This document shows, one piece after another, positions 55,923 to 64,000 of a stretch of DNA of 64,000 nucleotides. The notes under the pieces were generated by a model, which was not told the DNA's origin, searched no databases, and was given only the letters and a program-made list of their open reading frames with translations. The DNA is from a virus. Position 1 is the stretch's first letter; every line of letters starts with the position of its first letter. The translations under genes and the position numbers were made by a program. The stretch lies in the IMG/VR virus record IMGVR_UViG_3300027836_000007, positions 42,813-106,812 of that record. The stretch is one strand, 5' to 3'.

Positions 55923-56870
55923 TTAAAATAGTATGCTAAACAATAAGGCTCTATTCTTAGCCACTAGTTCGTCAGTATTTAAATTGTTTGTAAAATAGAT
56001 TCCAGTATCTCCTGGAGTGTATGTTGATGCTCCAACATTTGAATAAATTCTGCTGGACCCGCCAGTTGCGCTAGGTGCCACTGAACGCTCATCTAAGTTT
56101 AAATAACCGTCTATATATACATGATTGTTTAGTGATGTTAATACTAAATCCGCCGCGGTTGAATTACGAATAGTGTCGCCAAATATGTTAACATTATCAA
56201 CGTCTAAACCGGCTGCTGTAACTTGAGCACGTTGTTGTAGAACACCTGTTGTTTTAACATAAAATCTAACACTAGATATACCTGCTTCAACTGAAGTGTC
56301 TTGTAAACCCACAGGAGAAGTAACTGGATAAACTATTTTGTCAACTATAGCAGAACCGCCACTAGCGTAAACATAATCACTTACATATTTTCTATTTGGA
56401 ATATCATCGTCGTCTAGTACACGATCTTCATAGTCTGTAGAATTAATCACGCGAAGTGTGCCTGCGCCACTTTGCATGTCGAATTGAAGATTGCTAGTTG
56501 GATCTGTAGCAATAGTTCCTACTACAATATTTGATAATGTGCCTACACCTACGTCGGTAATAGTTTGAAATCTAAATTTATCAACTGCTTCATCCCAAAC
56601 TAACTGAGCGTCATCTAAACTGCCCCGATCAATTTGAAGTCCTGACGTAACTTCTGTTACGCCAGTACCCGTTTCACCTTTGTTCAATAAGATAATATTA
56701 TCTTCAATAGTCAAGTTAGCTGTGTCGATAGTCGTAGTAGTACCTTGGACTTCTAAGTTGCCAGTTACATAAACTGTGCCAACGTTAGATCCAGTGTCTA
56801 GTGTTATATTACCACCAGACTGTACTTTAAGACGATAATCGCTTTGACTAACTTTAACTATTTTAGACAT
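55923..56870 (-). CDS. Putative virion fibre-like structural protein
   Basis: V.GNL.VQGTTTT.DT.NL.IEDNII.LN.GE.G.GV...SGLQIDRG...WDE is typical of phage fibre shafts; ends KNRALLFSILF. Confidence 0.65.
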   Translation of the reverse strand: MSKIVKVSQSDYRLKVQSGGNITLDTGSNVGTVYVTGNLEVQGTTTTIDTANLTIEDNIILLNKGETGTGVTEVTSGLQIDRGSLDDAQLVWDEAVDKFRFQTITDVGVGTLSNIVVGTIATDPTSNLQFDMQSGAGTLRVINSTDYEDRVLDDDDIPNRKYVSDYVYASGGSAIVDKIVYPVTSPVGLQDTSVEAGISSVRFYVKTTGVLQQRAQVTAAGLDVDNVNIFGDTIRNSTAADLVLTSLNNHVYIDGYLNLDERSVAPSATGGSSRIYSNVGASTYTPGDTGIYFTNNLNTDELVAKNRALLFSILF

Positions 56871-56883
56871 TTATAAATCCTAA

Positions 56884-57609
56884 TTATTGATTGCTAATAG
56901 TAACAGTATCGTCTACTATAGCAGATCCAAATGTCCACTTAGCGCCGGTGCCGCTAGCAAATTGTGTTCCAGCAGAGCTTGATCCACCGTGAGCGTTTGC
57001 TGTTGGAACTAGTACTGCTTGACGAGCTGTTAATTTAGCAACAAGATATGTGCCTCCAGCACTGTCTGTAGCCATAATACTCATTTCGCCTTCGCCTTTA
57101 GTTTCAGTTGTAACTAGTTTGAAAATGCTAGTAGCTTGGCTTGTTTGTACTTTGTAACGACGTGTACTAACTTGTTTGATAACGTCACCAGTTAAAATTT
57201 CTGCGTCGCCTGAACCGTATTGTGTTTCAGCTTTAATACCGTTTTGACGAGCAGATGCGCCAGAAGTCATTGTTGCTGTTAGTACAACAGTACCTGTACC
57301 AGCGCCACCTAATGCTTGTAGGGCCGCGCCACTGATTGTTACTGCTGTTAAATAACCAGATCCTGGTGTAACTACAGCAACAGATGCAGTGTCTTCTGTT
57401 AACATTGTTAATGTTAATGTTGGTTTTACCCCGCCGGTAATACCTGGAGCACTGATTACTGATGCTGGAATATCATAAGTGCCTAGAGTTTTGCCGGCAA
57501 ACGTACCAGTAACTGCTACGCTAGCTGTACTTTCGCCGCCAACACCTGCTGTACCAAAATCTTGATAGTTTGTGTTAGCGAAATATTTTTTATTTAAAGG
57601 ACGTCCCAT
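56884..57609 (-). CDS. Putative virion structural protein immediately downstream of the major capsid gene
   Basis: MGRPLNKKYF start, strong SD AAGGAG, its own late promoter, and V..PGSGY and IKQ...RRYKV motifs. Confidence 0.6.
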   Translation of the reverse strand: MGRPLNKKYFANTNYQDFGTAGVGGESTASVAVTGTFAGKTLGTYDIPASVISAPGITGGVKPTLTLTMLTEDTASVAVVTPGSGYLTAVTISGAALQALGGAGTGTVVLTATMTSGASARQNGIKAETQYGSGDAEILTGDVIKQVSTRRYKVQTSQATSIFKLVTTETKGEGEMSIMATDSAGGTYLVAKLTARQAVLVPTANAHGGSSSAGTQFASGTGAKWTFGSAIVDDTVTISNQ

Positions 57610-57630
57610 TTTGATTTCTCCTTAAGAAAA

Positions 57631-57686
57631 ACGGCGTTCTAGGCCGTACGCGGTGGGTTACCGCATAAAATCCACACCATGCGGAT
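57631..57686 (-). ncRNA. Candidate structured 5' leader with three tandem hairpins
   Basis: AUCCGCA-UGG-UGUGGAU, UAUGCGGU-AACCC-ACCGCGUA and ACGGC-CUAGAAC-GCCGU lie between the promoter and the RBS. Confidence 0.55.
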
Positions 57687-57696
57687 CATTACTATG

Positions 57697-57703
57697 TATT
57701 TAG
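57697..57703 (-). promoter_or_regulatory. Putative late promoter (CTAAATA)
   Basis: Immediately downstream of the capsid terminator and upstream of 56884..57609. Confidence 0.7.
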
Positions 57704-57708
57704 CTCTC

Positions 57709-57740
57709 AATAAAAAAGGACCCGAAGGTCCTTTTTATTT
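57709..57740 (-). terminator. Rho-independent terminator after the major capsid gene (possibly bidirectional)
   Basis: Minus strand AAAAAGGACC-TTCG-GGTCCTTTTTT: C(UUCG)G tetraloop plus U tract, as in T4-type terminators. Confidence 0.92.
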
Positions 57741-57758
57741 GTAACTTTAAGTAACGGA

Positions 57759-58919
57759 TTACTTGAAAGAAACGTTGCTGATAGACACTTTACCTAAGTA
57801 ATCAGCTGCATTACCTAGAGAAGATGCTGTGTTTGTCAACTCAACATAACCATAACGTGTCATGAATGATACGACTGGTTCGAATGTTGATGGATCTAAA
57901 ACAACGCCACTGCTCATCAATGGAATGTATGGGCAATAGAACGCGGCTGCGTCAGATTCGCTAGAACCTTTGTAACCGATTAGAACATCTGTACTGTCTG
58001 TTGCGTATGTGTTAACATAAATCTTCATAGCACCGTTCAATGTACCAACAAACTTGGTGTTTGTAGGAGCTTCGAAAACGCCTTCTGTTGTACGAGCAAA
58101 TGCGCTAGTAGTAGCAGACTGAAGAATTGTTAAAGCAAATGGACTTACTACAGCCCAGTTACCAGCACCACGACGTGTACGCTGAGCGATCAAGTTAGAT
58201 ACACGATTGATCTGAACAGCTAATGCAGCGTGTTCGTCACCAACGAATGTAGCTGTACCTGAAACAGCGTTTTGGTCATAAGACTCAACAGCACTACCAG
58301 CCAATGATGCTAGGCTAGCTAGGATCTCTTGGTCGATTTCAGCTGTAATTTCTTGTGCTAGAGCAGCCATGATTTCTGCTTCGATGTCAATACCTTGTTG
58401 GGCTTGTGCATCTTGAGCAGCCTCAAATGTCCAACGAGCAGACAATTTACGAGTCTTGGCTTCAACTGTCTGTTTCAAGATTTGAATAGACATTTTCTTA
58501 CCTGCTGCACCTTCAAGCGTTGCTGTGGATGCTGCACGTGCTACGGCTGCATCATTACCTGAATAAGCCTCAGCAATTTTGAATGGGCTTAGTGCCTCTT
58601 CACCAGCAGTAACGCCAGTACCGCTGTCTGCGTAACGCACACGTAAGGTATGGATTTGACCAACTGGTCCAGTCATTGGTTGTACACCTACCAACTCGTT
58701 AGCGATAACTGTTGGCATAACACGGCGGATTACTGGAAGAATCACGCGGTTTAAAGTTGCGACGTTGCCGGCAGAAGTGGCACCAGCTGTAGCAGATTCT
58801 TGAAGATAACGTTTAGTATTCTCAAGAGTCACACCCATTACTGATTTTTTAGTGCCTGATAAGCCTTCTAATAGGGCTTCTTTTGTTTCTGCCCAACGGC
58901 CATTAAGTAGTTCTGACAT
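57759..58919 (-). CDS. g23: Major capsid protein (T4 gp23-like)
   Basis: VIRRVMP..IANELVGVQPMTGPVGQI..LR.RY, K.TVEAKTRKL.ARWT.E.AQD, EI.AEIDQEI, GYKG..E.DA..FYCPY.PL, F.P...FMTRYG. Confidence 0.97.
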   Translation of the reverse strand: MSELLNGRWAETKEALLEGLSGTKKSVMGVTLENTKRYLQESATAGATSAGNVATLNRVILPVIRRVMPTVIANELVGVQPMTGPVGQIHTLRVRYADSGTGVTAGEEALSPFKIAEAYSGNDAAVARAASTATLEGAAGKKMSIQILKQTVEAKTRKLSARWTFEAAQDAQAQQGIDIEAEIMAALAQEITAEIDQEILASLASLAGSAVESYDQNAVSGTATFVGDEHAALAVQINRVSNLIAQRTRRGAGNWAVVSPFALTILQSATTSAFARTTEGVFEAPTNTKFVGTLNGAMKIYVNTYATDSTDVLIGYKGSSESDAAAFYCPYIPLMSSGVVLDPSTFEPVVSFMTRYGYVELTNTASSLGNAADYLGKVSISNVSFK

Positions 58920-58930
58920 TTAATTTCTCC

Positions 58931-60025
58931 TTAAAATTTTAGTCCAGCAAGGCGACGGATATCAATGATGTTGCCATCTTCCTCGCTGCTACGGTTGCTG
59001 TTGGAAACTTTGTTTCCTGTAATTTCTTTAGCCTCTACTAGTGCCTGTTTCTTCTGCGGAGCTTTACCAGCGATAACTGCTGGGAGATACTTGTCAAAAC
59101 TTTCTACAAGTTTTGAGGTTTTCACACTCTCCATTAACTCACCCATGATTTCTTTTTGCTCTGTGTTTAACGGAGACAATAGTTCATTCATGATTGTTTT
59201 TCTTTGTTGCGATTCTTTTAGTCCCGCAATTTCTGCTTCTTTACTTTCTACGATTTGTTGCGCTTCCTCAATAGCTTGTTTAGCTTCGTGGACCGCCGCA
59301 TCTTTCATGTCTATGACCTTGAGTAATTTTGCAGTTTCTGATTTCTCGTTTAGGTAGCTAGCTTGATATTCAGAAGCAAAAGCTTCAAATAACTTGCGAC
59401 CAAAATCTGCGCGACGTGCAGCTTCGATGTCTTCTTTCAATGAAGTTAGTTCAGAACGTAAATTCTGATTAACTACACCTTCAACCATCTTAGCGGCTTT
59501 AGCAACAAATTGTTGTTTAACCTGTTTGAGTTCTTCGCGACCTTCGCGAACTAAGCGTACCTTAGTTTCAGCTAAGTCTTGTTTATCTTTATAAAACTCT
59601 GCGATTTCTTGAGCTAGAGCCTCTACTACGAAAGTTTCTAATGTGCCAAATTTCTCAGCCATAGCAACTTGATCTTCATGTAACTCTTTAACTTCAGCTG
59701 ATAGTTGACGTGTTACGAATTCCTTCATAACGCCAGCATCTGCTTTCATTTTTTGAGCGTACTTGACTTTCATTTCTGCTAATGACTTACGATCGTCGGC
59801 AAATTCAACAAGTTCTTGTGATAATTGGTCAGTGATCATACGATCAACTGCTTCAATCATTGTGTTCTTGTCGTGCTCATATTTTTGAGCAAATTCTTCG
59901 CGTAATTGTTCAGCTACCTGAGTGCGATTCTCGTTGATCTTCGCGTCCCATGCTTGCTGAATTGACTCTTGGATCTCTTCAGAAATCACATTGTTTTCAA
60001 ATAATTGTTTAATTGCATCCAACAT
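58931..60025 (-). CDS. Prohead core scaffold protein (T4 gp22-like)
   Basis: Glu/Lys/Ala-rich coiled-coil protein between protease and capsid genes; ends IRRLAGL. Confidence 0.75.
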   Translation of the reverse strand: MLDAIKQLFENNVISEEIQESIQQAWDAKINENRTQVAEQLREEFAQKYEHDKNTMIEAVDRMITDQLSQELVEFADDRKSLAEMKVKYAQKMKADAGVMKEFVTRQLSAEVKELHEDQVAMAEKFGTLETFVVEALAQEIAEFYKDKQDLAETKVRLVREGREELKQVKQQFVAKAAKMVEGVVNQNLRSELTSLKEDIEAARRADFGRKLFEAFASEYQASYLNEKSETAKLLKVIDMKDAAVHEAKQAIEEAQQIVESKEAEIAGLKESQQRKTIMNELLSPLNTEQKEIMGELMESVKTSKLVESFDKYLPAVIAGKAPQKKQALVEAKEITGNKVSNSNRSSEEDGNIIDIRRLAGLKF

Positions 60026-60037
60026 GTGATTCTCCTT

Positions 60038-60667
60038 TTATTGGAGTTTGCTTATTACGGATAATAAGCTCTCTTTGAGATATTTCTGTGCTTTAGGATC
60101 ACCCTTAACCTCTTGCGCTATGCGTAAGGCATTAAAACCACCACGACTGTTCATCAGGTGTTCATAAATTGGTGTTGGGTATGCTCCAGGAGCACTAGGT
60201 TGAGCTACCATATCTACTGTGATAATCTCAAAATCTGATACTTCACCGGAGCCGTCTTCTTTGACATTTCCGGATCCGCGACTTGAAACGCCTAACTTAA
60301 CTCCGCTTTCCAGCATTGTTTTAATTAGTTGTCCCATAGGTGTTGGAAGTATTTTCAACTTCCCGTAACCGTTTGGACCGTCCATCCACATATTTGTAAT
60401 CATGTGTGATACACGGTCCAGGTTAATTTTTAGATCATCTGGATGATCCACTTCTCCGAGAACTGAATAGCCGTTTTGAATCTGATCGTTAAGGGTTTTG
60501 ACAGCCTTGCCAATCTCATTTACAGGGTAGACACGCTGATTAGCGTTGCGTATACCGCCTTGGATACAAATCCCAGACATGTATAAGCTCTTCCCATCTT
60601 TGTCATCAGACTCAACGACCATTTTTGCTTCGTTGAAACTGAGATTCTCTCGGAGGTATAAAGACAT
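60038..60667 (-). CDS. g21: Prohead protease (T4 gp21-like)
   Basis: N.NQRVYP, LGEVDHP, INLDRVSH, TPMG, LGVSSRGSG, D.VAQPSAP.A. Confidence 0.95.
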   Translation of the reverse strand: MSLYLRENLSFNEAKMVVESDDKDGKSLYMSGICIQGGIRNANQRVYPVNEIGKAVKTLNDQIQNGYSVLGEVDHPDDLKINLDRVSHMITNMWMDGPNGYGKLKILPTPMGQLIKTMLESGVKLGVSSRGSGNVKEDGSGEVSDFEIITVDMVAQPSAPGAYPTPIYEHLMNSRGGFNALRIAQEVKGDPKAQKYLKESLLSVISKLQ

Positions 60668-60688
60668 ATTTTTAATAGTCTCGTTTAA

Positions 60689-61537
60689 TTACTTGCCACC
60701 GACAATACTTTTCTTATTGTCAGCTTGTTCACGTGAACCTTTCTTCTCAGCACCATGACCTGGTTCAGTTTTCTTGAACGCTGTCTTGCCTGCTTTTCCG
60801 CCTGGAACATTAATGTTACCAGCGTTTTGTAATGTAGTTGATGTCTTAGCTAAACCACCGTCAGCGCCGCCGCTTGTTGTGCTAAAAGACTTAGCAATGT
60901 TAGCAGTTGTGCCACCCATGTTGTTTGACTTAGCTACGATTGACTTAGCGTTTGCGCCGTTGTCACCGTGCTTTGGCAAAGCAACTTTTTGTGTGTATTC
61001 CATCATACGCTCTAATTCGTCTTGTTCGTCACCCATTTCTGGTGCGCCCATTGCGTCCATGCCGCCCATGTCGTCGCCGCCCATTTCTGGCTCAGCACCC
61101 ATTTCTGGCTCATTGCCTTCATCGGCCATTAACTGTTCAAATTCTGCTTTTAATTCTTCTAGTGCGTCTTCTAGATCCATGATGCGAGCTTCTTGGTCGC
61201 CTTCACCTTCTTCGCTTTCACCGTCCATATCACCTTCTTCTTCACCTTCGTCGTCTGTGACGTCGTCGATAAAGTCGTCAGTAGCATCGCCACCAACGTC
61301 GTCTGATTCTTCGCTATCGTCAGCTTCTTCGCTGTCGTCAGCTGGCTCTTCTTCGCTGTCGTCAGCTTTTGCGAATGGGTTTTCACCTTCTTCTAAATCA
61401 AAGTCTTCAGATAGCAATTCTTCGTAAATTTCGCGAGATTTCGCAACTACGATGTTGTGGAAAATTTCTTGTGCTGTTTCTTGATCTTCGTTGATCAATG
61501 CCTCAAGCATGGCTTCAAATTGTGTACGATCAGTCAT
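60689..61537 (-). CDS. Highly acidic prohead core/internal protein (gp67/gp68-like position)
   Basis: Asp/Glu low-complexity centre, RIMDLEDALEELKAEFEQLM helix, basic C-terminus; SD AGGAG; lies between portal and protease. Confidence 0.6.
   Translation of the reverse strand: MTDRTQFEAMLEALINEDQETAQEIFHNIVVAKSREIYEELLSEDFDLEEGENPFAKADDSEEEPADDSEEADDSEESDDVGGDATDDFIDDVTDDEGEEEGDMDGESEEGEGDQEARIMDLEDALEELKAEFEQLMADEGNEPEMGAEPEMGGDDMGGMDAMGAPEMGDEQDELERMMEYTQKVALPKHGDNGANAKSIVAKSNNMGGTTANIAKSFSTTSGGADGGLAKTSTTLQNAGNINVPGGKAGKTAFKKTEPGHGAEKKGSREQADNKKSIVGGK
61308..61367. repeat. Three near-identical 18-bp units encoding ADDSEE
   Basis: tcttcgct(a/g)tcgtcagct at 61308, 61326 and 61350. Confidence 0.85.
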
Positions 61538-61573
61538 TTATATCTCCTGTAGTATGATGACAAGGCTGTATTA

Positions 61574-61580
61574 TATTTAC
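61574..61580 (-). promoter_or_regulatory. Putative late promoter (GTAAATA) for the core-protease-scaffold-capsid operon
   Basis: Intergenic TAAATA about 37 nt upstream of ATG 61537. Confidence 0.65.
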
Positions 61581-61657
61581 ACATATATTAAAAATCACTA
61601 TTAAAACAGCCGTAAAACGACGTCTTTTTAGTGATTTATGTAAATTCAGTTTGTTAT

Positions 61658-61894
61658 TTATGCGGGTGCCGCAGGCATCATGTACATGCTGTGTACAAAT
61701 GCCATTTCTTTTTCTTGTTCTAGTATGTGCGCTTCGCTTGATTTGCGTAATTGATTTATCTGGCGCAATGTTAAACGTGTTTTACGAGTATCGTCCCTGT
61801 GCATAGTAGTCGTGTCGCGATCGGGCTCGTAACGAAAATCGTTACTAACGTTACGAGTATCTGGATCAATGTAAAACAATTCTCTAAGGATCAT
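61658..61894 (-). CDS. Small head-module protein
   Basis: Start moved from 61936 to MILRELF at 61894; DTRKTRLTLRQINQLRK...MY; lies between portal and core genes. Confidence 0.65.
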   Translation of the reverse strand: MILRELFYIDPDTRNVSNDFRYEPDRDTTTMHRDDTRKTRLTLRQINQLRKSSEAHILEQEKEMAFVHSMYMMPAAPA

Positions 61895-61898
61895 GATG

Positions 61899-61905
61899 TA
61901 TTTAT
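61899..61905 (-). promoter_or_regulatory. Putative late promoter (ATAAATA) overlapping the portal stop codon
   Basis: Minus strand GCA-TAA-ATA-CATC-ATG. Confidence 0.6.
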
Positions 61906-63638
61906 GCTGCCGGTGGTGTAGCTGGTGCCGGAGCAACCGCTGTTGGACCTAATCCAAGATCTTCACCGCCCAAGTCGTCTTCCATGTCTTCAGGTGGTGA
62001 AAAGTCACCTGCGGCGCCTAAGTCGCCTTCGATGCCTGCGGCACTTAGGCCTGCGCTACGTAACTCACCTGCCGCATCTGTGTAAGTTGGCTGACCTTTG
62101 CCGTTTTCTTCTGCCCACATGCGTTCGTTTTCTGCCACATCCTCGTCTGTTAAGCCTAGGAAACGTTTTAAAGCAAAACGCTTAGACATATATGGCACTG
62201 TTTGAATTGTATTAAATGTGTTAATACGTTCAGCATCCAGCGCACTTTGACGTGTGCTTGCGAAGTTTAATGGTGGATTAAACTTTAATTCAAACAAGTT
62301 TGCGTCAATATTCACTCCACGTGAATGCATGTATAACTTAAATTCTTCGTCAAAAACACTAGTAACTAGTGATTGTAAACGTTCACAGTACTTGTTAAAA
62401 CGTAGTTCTTGAATGTATGCTGTGCCAACGCGACCGTCATTATATGATGCTTGGCTATCATCTGCGCCAGTTGGCAGATAGCTTGATGGAATTCTTAAAC
62501 CACGGAATAATTTGTTTGTAAAGTATTTTAAATCGTCAATTTCGCCTAGGTTAGTACCGCCTGGCAATGTGTCAACTTTACTACCACGACCGTCTGCCGT
62601 CATAGGAAAGAAGTAATCTTCGTTGATGCTTAATGGATTGTAAGCAGAGTCAATAACGTTTTGTCCACCGCCTGTTTGGCTTGGAATACGACGTTGATGT
62701 ATTTCGTTTTTAACACGTTCTACGAATGCCATAGCCATGTGACTTGGCATATTACCTACGTCAATGTGAAAAATTCTACGTTCAGGAGCACGTTGTATAC
62801 GATAGATTAAGATAGCATCTTCAAGCAGTTCTTTCTGCTTATAAACTTTAAAAATGTTTTCAAGTAAGCTGTTACCAAACGGATAGTTATTGTCTAATCC
62901 TTCGCTAACACTTAGGTGTATCACGTGTTCTGCGCCCACTGCGTGTTCTGATTCTGTTGTACCAAAACGACTGCTGTTACCGCCAGCATATGGACTTTGT
63001 GCGCCTTTGCTTGCTTGGCCAGCGCCAAGATAACCACCAGAGCCACTCAGGCCACCGCTACCTTGTCTTGGATTAATATTAGGAGTAATCTGTGTTGCTA
63101 CTAGATCCATAAGGTTAGGAGCAATGTCTTTGATCACATACTGTTCTGGCTTTTTGCCATCACTTTCATTTACAATAATCTTTGTAACTTTACTTGGATC
63201 AACGTAAGTCCACTTTTGTGTTTCTGGATCACGGATGAAGAAAGCATCGCCAAATTTAAACACATTACGTAATATACGAAAAATTCGTGTGTCAAACTTT
63301 TGTAGTTTAGTCCACTGTTGTAGGTACTCGCCTAAGATTTTAATCTCGGTGTTGGTAGCTTTGTGGCGCCATTGTACACTGAAAGGTGTCTTACCGTCTT
63401 TGTTTTTTTGTGTACAAAATTCTGCTAAAATGTCTAATGCGGCATTAACTTCTGGATCACTGTCCATAACTTCGTATTGCTGATAACGCTCAACACGATT
63501 TGGACTGCCGGTATAAACATCAGGTAGATAACTGGAATAGTTTGTTTTAGCAGGACCAGCTTTAGCTGATGCTATTCCGTTAATCGGACTAACGTTACCG
63601 CCAACAGGTACTGGTGTAAAATATTTTTTCCAACTCAT
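61902..63638 (-). CDS. g20: Portal protein (T4 gp20-like)
   Basis: Y..MD.DPEV..ALD, LEDAILIYRI.RAPERRIF.IDVGNMP...A, EDYFFP...GRGSKV.TLPGG.NLGEIDDL.YF..KLFRGL.IP.S, ELRF.KYC.RLQ. Confidence 0.97.
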   Translation of the reverse strand: MSWKKYFTPVPVGGNVSPINGIASAKAGPAKTNYSSYLPDVYTGSPNRVERYQQYEVMDSDPEVNAALDILAEFCTQKNKDGKTPFSVQWRHKATNTEIKILGEYLQQWTKLQKFDTRIFRILRNVFKFGDAFFIRDPETQKWTYVDPSKVTKIIVNESDGKKPEQYVIKDIAPNLMDLVATQITPNINPRQGSGGLSGSGGYLGAGQASKGAQSPYAGGNSSRFGTTESEHAVGAEHVIHLSVSEGLDNNYPFGNSLLENIFKVYKQKELLEDAILIYRIQRAPERRIFHIDVGNMPSHMAMAFVERVKNEIHQRRIPSQTGGGQNVIDSAYNPLSINEDYFFPMTADGRGSKVDTLPGGTNLGEIDDLKYFTNKLFRGLRIPSSYLPTGADDSQASYNDGRVGTAYIQELRFNKYCERLQSLVTSVFDEEFKLYMHSRGVNIDANLFELKFNPPLNFASTRQSALDAERINTFNTIQTVPYMSKRFALKRFLGLTDEDVAENERMWAEENGKGQPTYTDAAGELRSAGLSAAGIEGDLGAAGDFSPPEDMEDDLGGEDLGLGPTAVAPAPATPPAA

Positions 63639-63647
63639 TTATTATCC

Positions 63648-64000
63648 TTAGGCAAGTATGTTGCCGCCGGAAGTTCTAACAGCTTTAACATTAGCTGATG
63701 ACCCTTCGACAACCGCCGTAATTAGTTCTCTCACTTGTGTATTTAACAGTTGAACGTGCTTAATCAGCTCATTACTGGCAGTATTATCCTGTGGCATTTG
63801 TGGTAATTGTTTTGGCAACGCCGCTGTTACGCGACTCATTGCTTCTTCTAACTGCCCGGCTGTTAGCGTACTGCTTTTCAAATCTGCTATCTTACTGCGC
63901 ATTTCAGATTGTAAACTACTTGTGGCATTGCGTAAATCTGTATCTGCTTCGCCAAACAAACTTCTTAAGTTTTTATTAGATAATAAATTACTATCTTTAT
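63648..64000 (-). CDS. C-terminus of a larger helical protein (possibly tape-measure/baseplate hub); 5' end outside the window
   Basis: The frame of ORF 63648..63959 stays open to the window edge; helical Ala/Leu/Ser/Gln-rich sequence. Function is a guess. Confidence 0.4.
   Translation of the reverse strand, partial: KDSNLLSNKNLRSLFGEADTDLRNATSSLQSEMRSKIADLKSSTLTAGQLEEAMSRVTAALPKQLPQMPQDNTASNELIKHVQLLNTQVRELITAVVEGSSANVKAVRTSGGNILA

Noticed and set aside
60774-61427. 217-aa plus-strand ORF and the many other 60-140-aa ORFs antisense to long genes
   Set aside because: They are shadow ORFs of biased-codon structural genes, giving Ser/Pro/Val-rich translations with no RBS or motifs.
61592-61637. 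9-bp inverted repeat aaatcacta/tagtgattt
   Set aside because: AT-rich arms with a 28-nt spacer and no clear U tract; too weak to call a terminator or operator.
1-64000. tRNA genes, CRISPR arrays, introns/inteins, integrase or transposase, stop-codon reassignment
   Set aside because: Intergenic gaps are too short and lack such patterns. Portal, protease and capsid genes are uninterrupted. Very long ORFs translate cleanly in the standard code.

Overview
This window is 64 kb of a large T4-superfamily-like myophage genome (standard genetic code, no integration or host genes seen) and is mostly the virion morphogenesis region. Reading the minus strand from the right end: the C-terminus of a large gene, then portal, prohead core proteins, prohead protease, scaffold and major capsid protein (T4 20-67/68-21-22-23 order). 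About 36 kb of fibre/appendage genes follow: four paralogous beta-helix giants (3761, 3094 and 1362 aa, plus one split 366+886 aa gene), small adaptor-like proteins, three paralogous Gly-rich adhesin-like fibres and a chaperone-like gene. The left end carries an enlarged tail sheath (partial, absent from the ORF track), an HNH protein, a dNMP kinase and neck/tail-completion genes. The standout is a 12.9-kb AT-rich, tightly coupled 17-gene cassette (7961-20841). It encodes 11 Fe(II)/2OG-type oxygenases, 3 tryptophan-halogenase-family flavoenzymes, 2 paralogous unknowns and a Cys-rich mini-protein. It continues the neck-gene late operon and abuts the three His/Asn-rich Gly-rich fibres; I infer it may be a virion-protein (adhesin) tailoring system. 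Also visible are TAAATA late promoters, a sigma70 promoter coupled to an RBS hairpin, a UUCG terminator, two structured 5' leaders, a gene fission and exact repeats between adhesin paralogues. All assignments come from motif recognition by eye; no searches were run.
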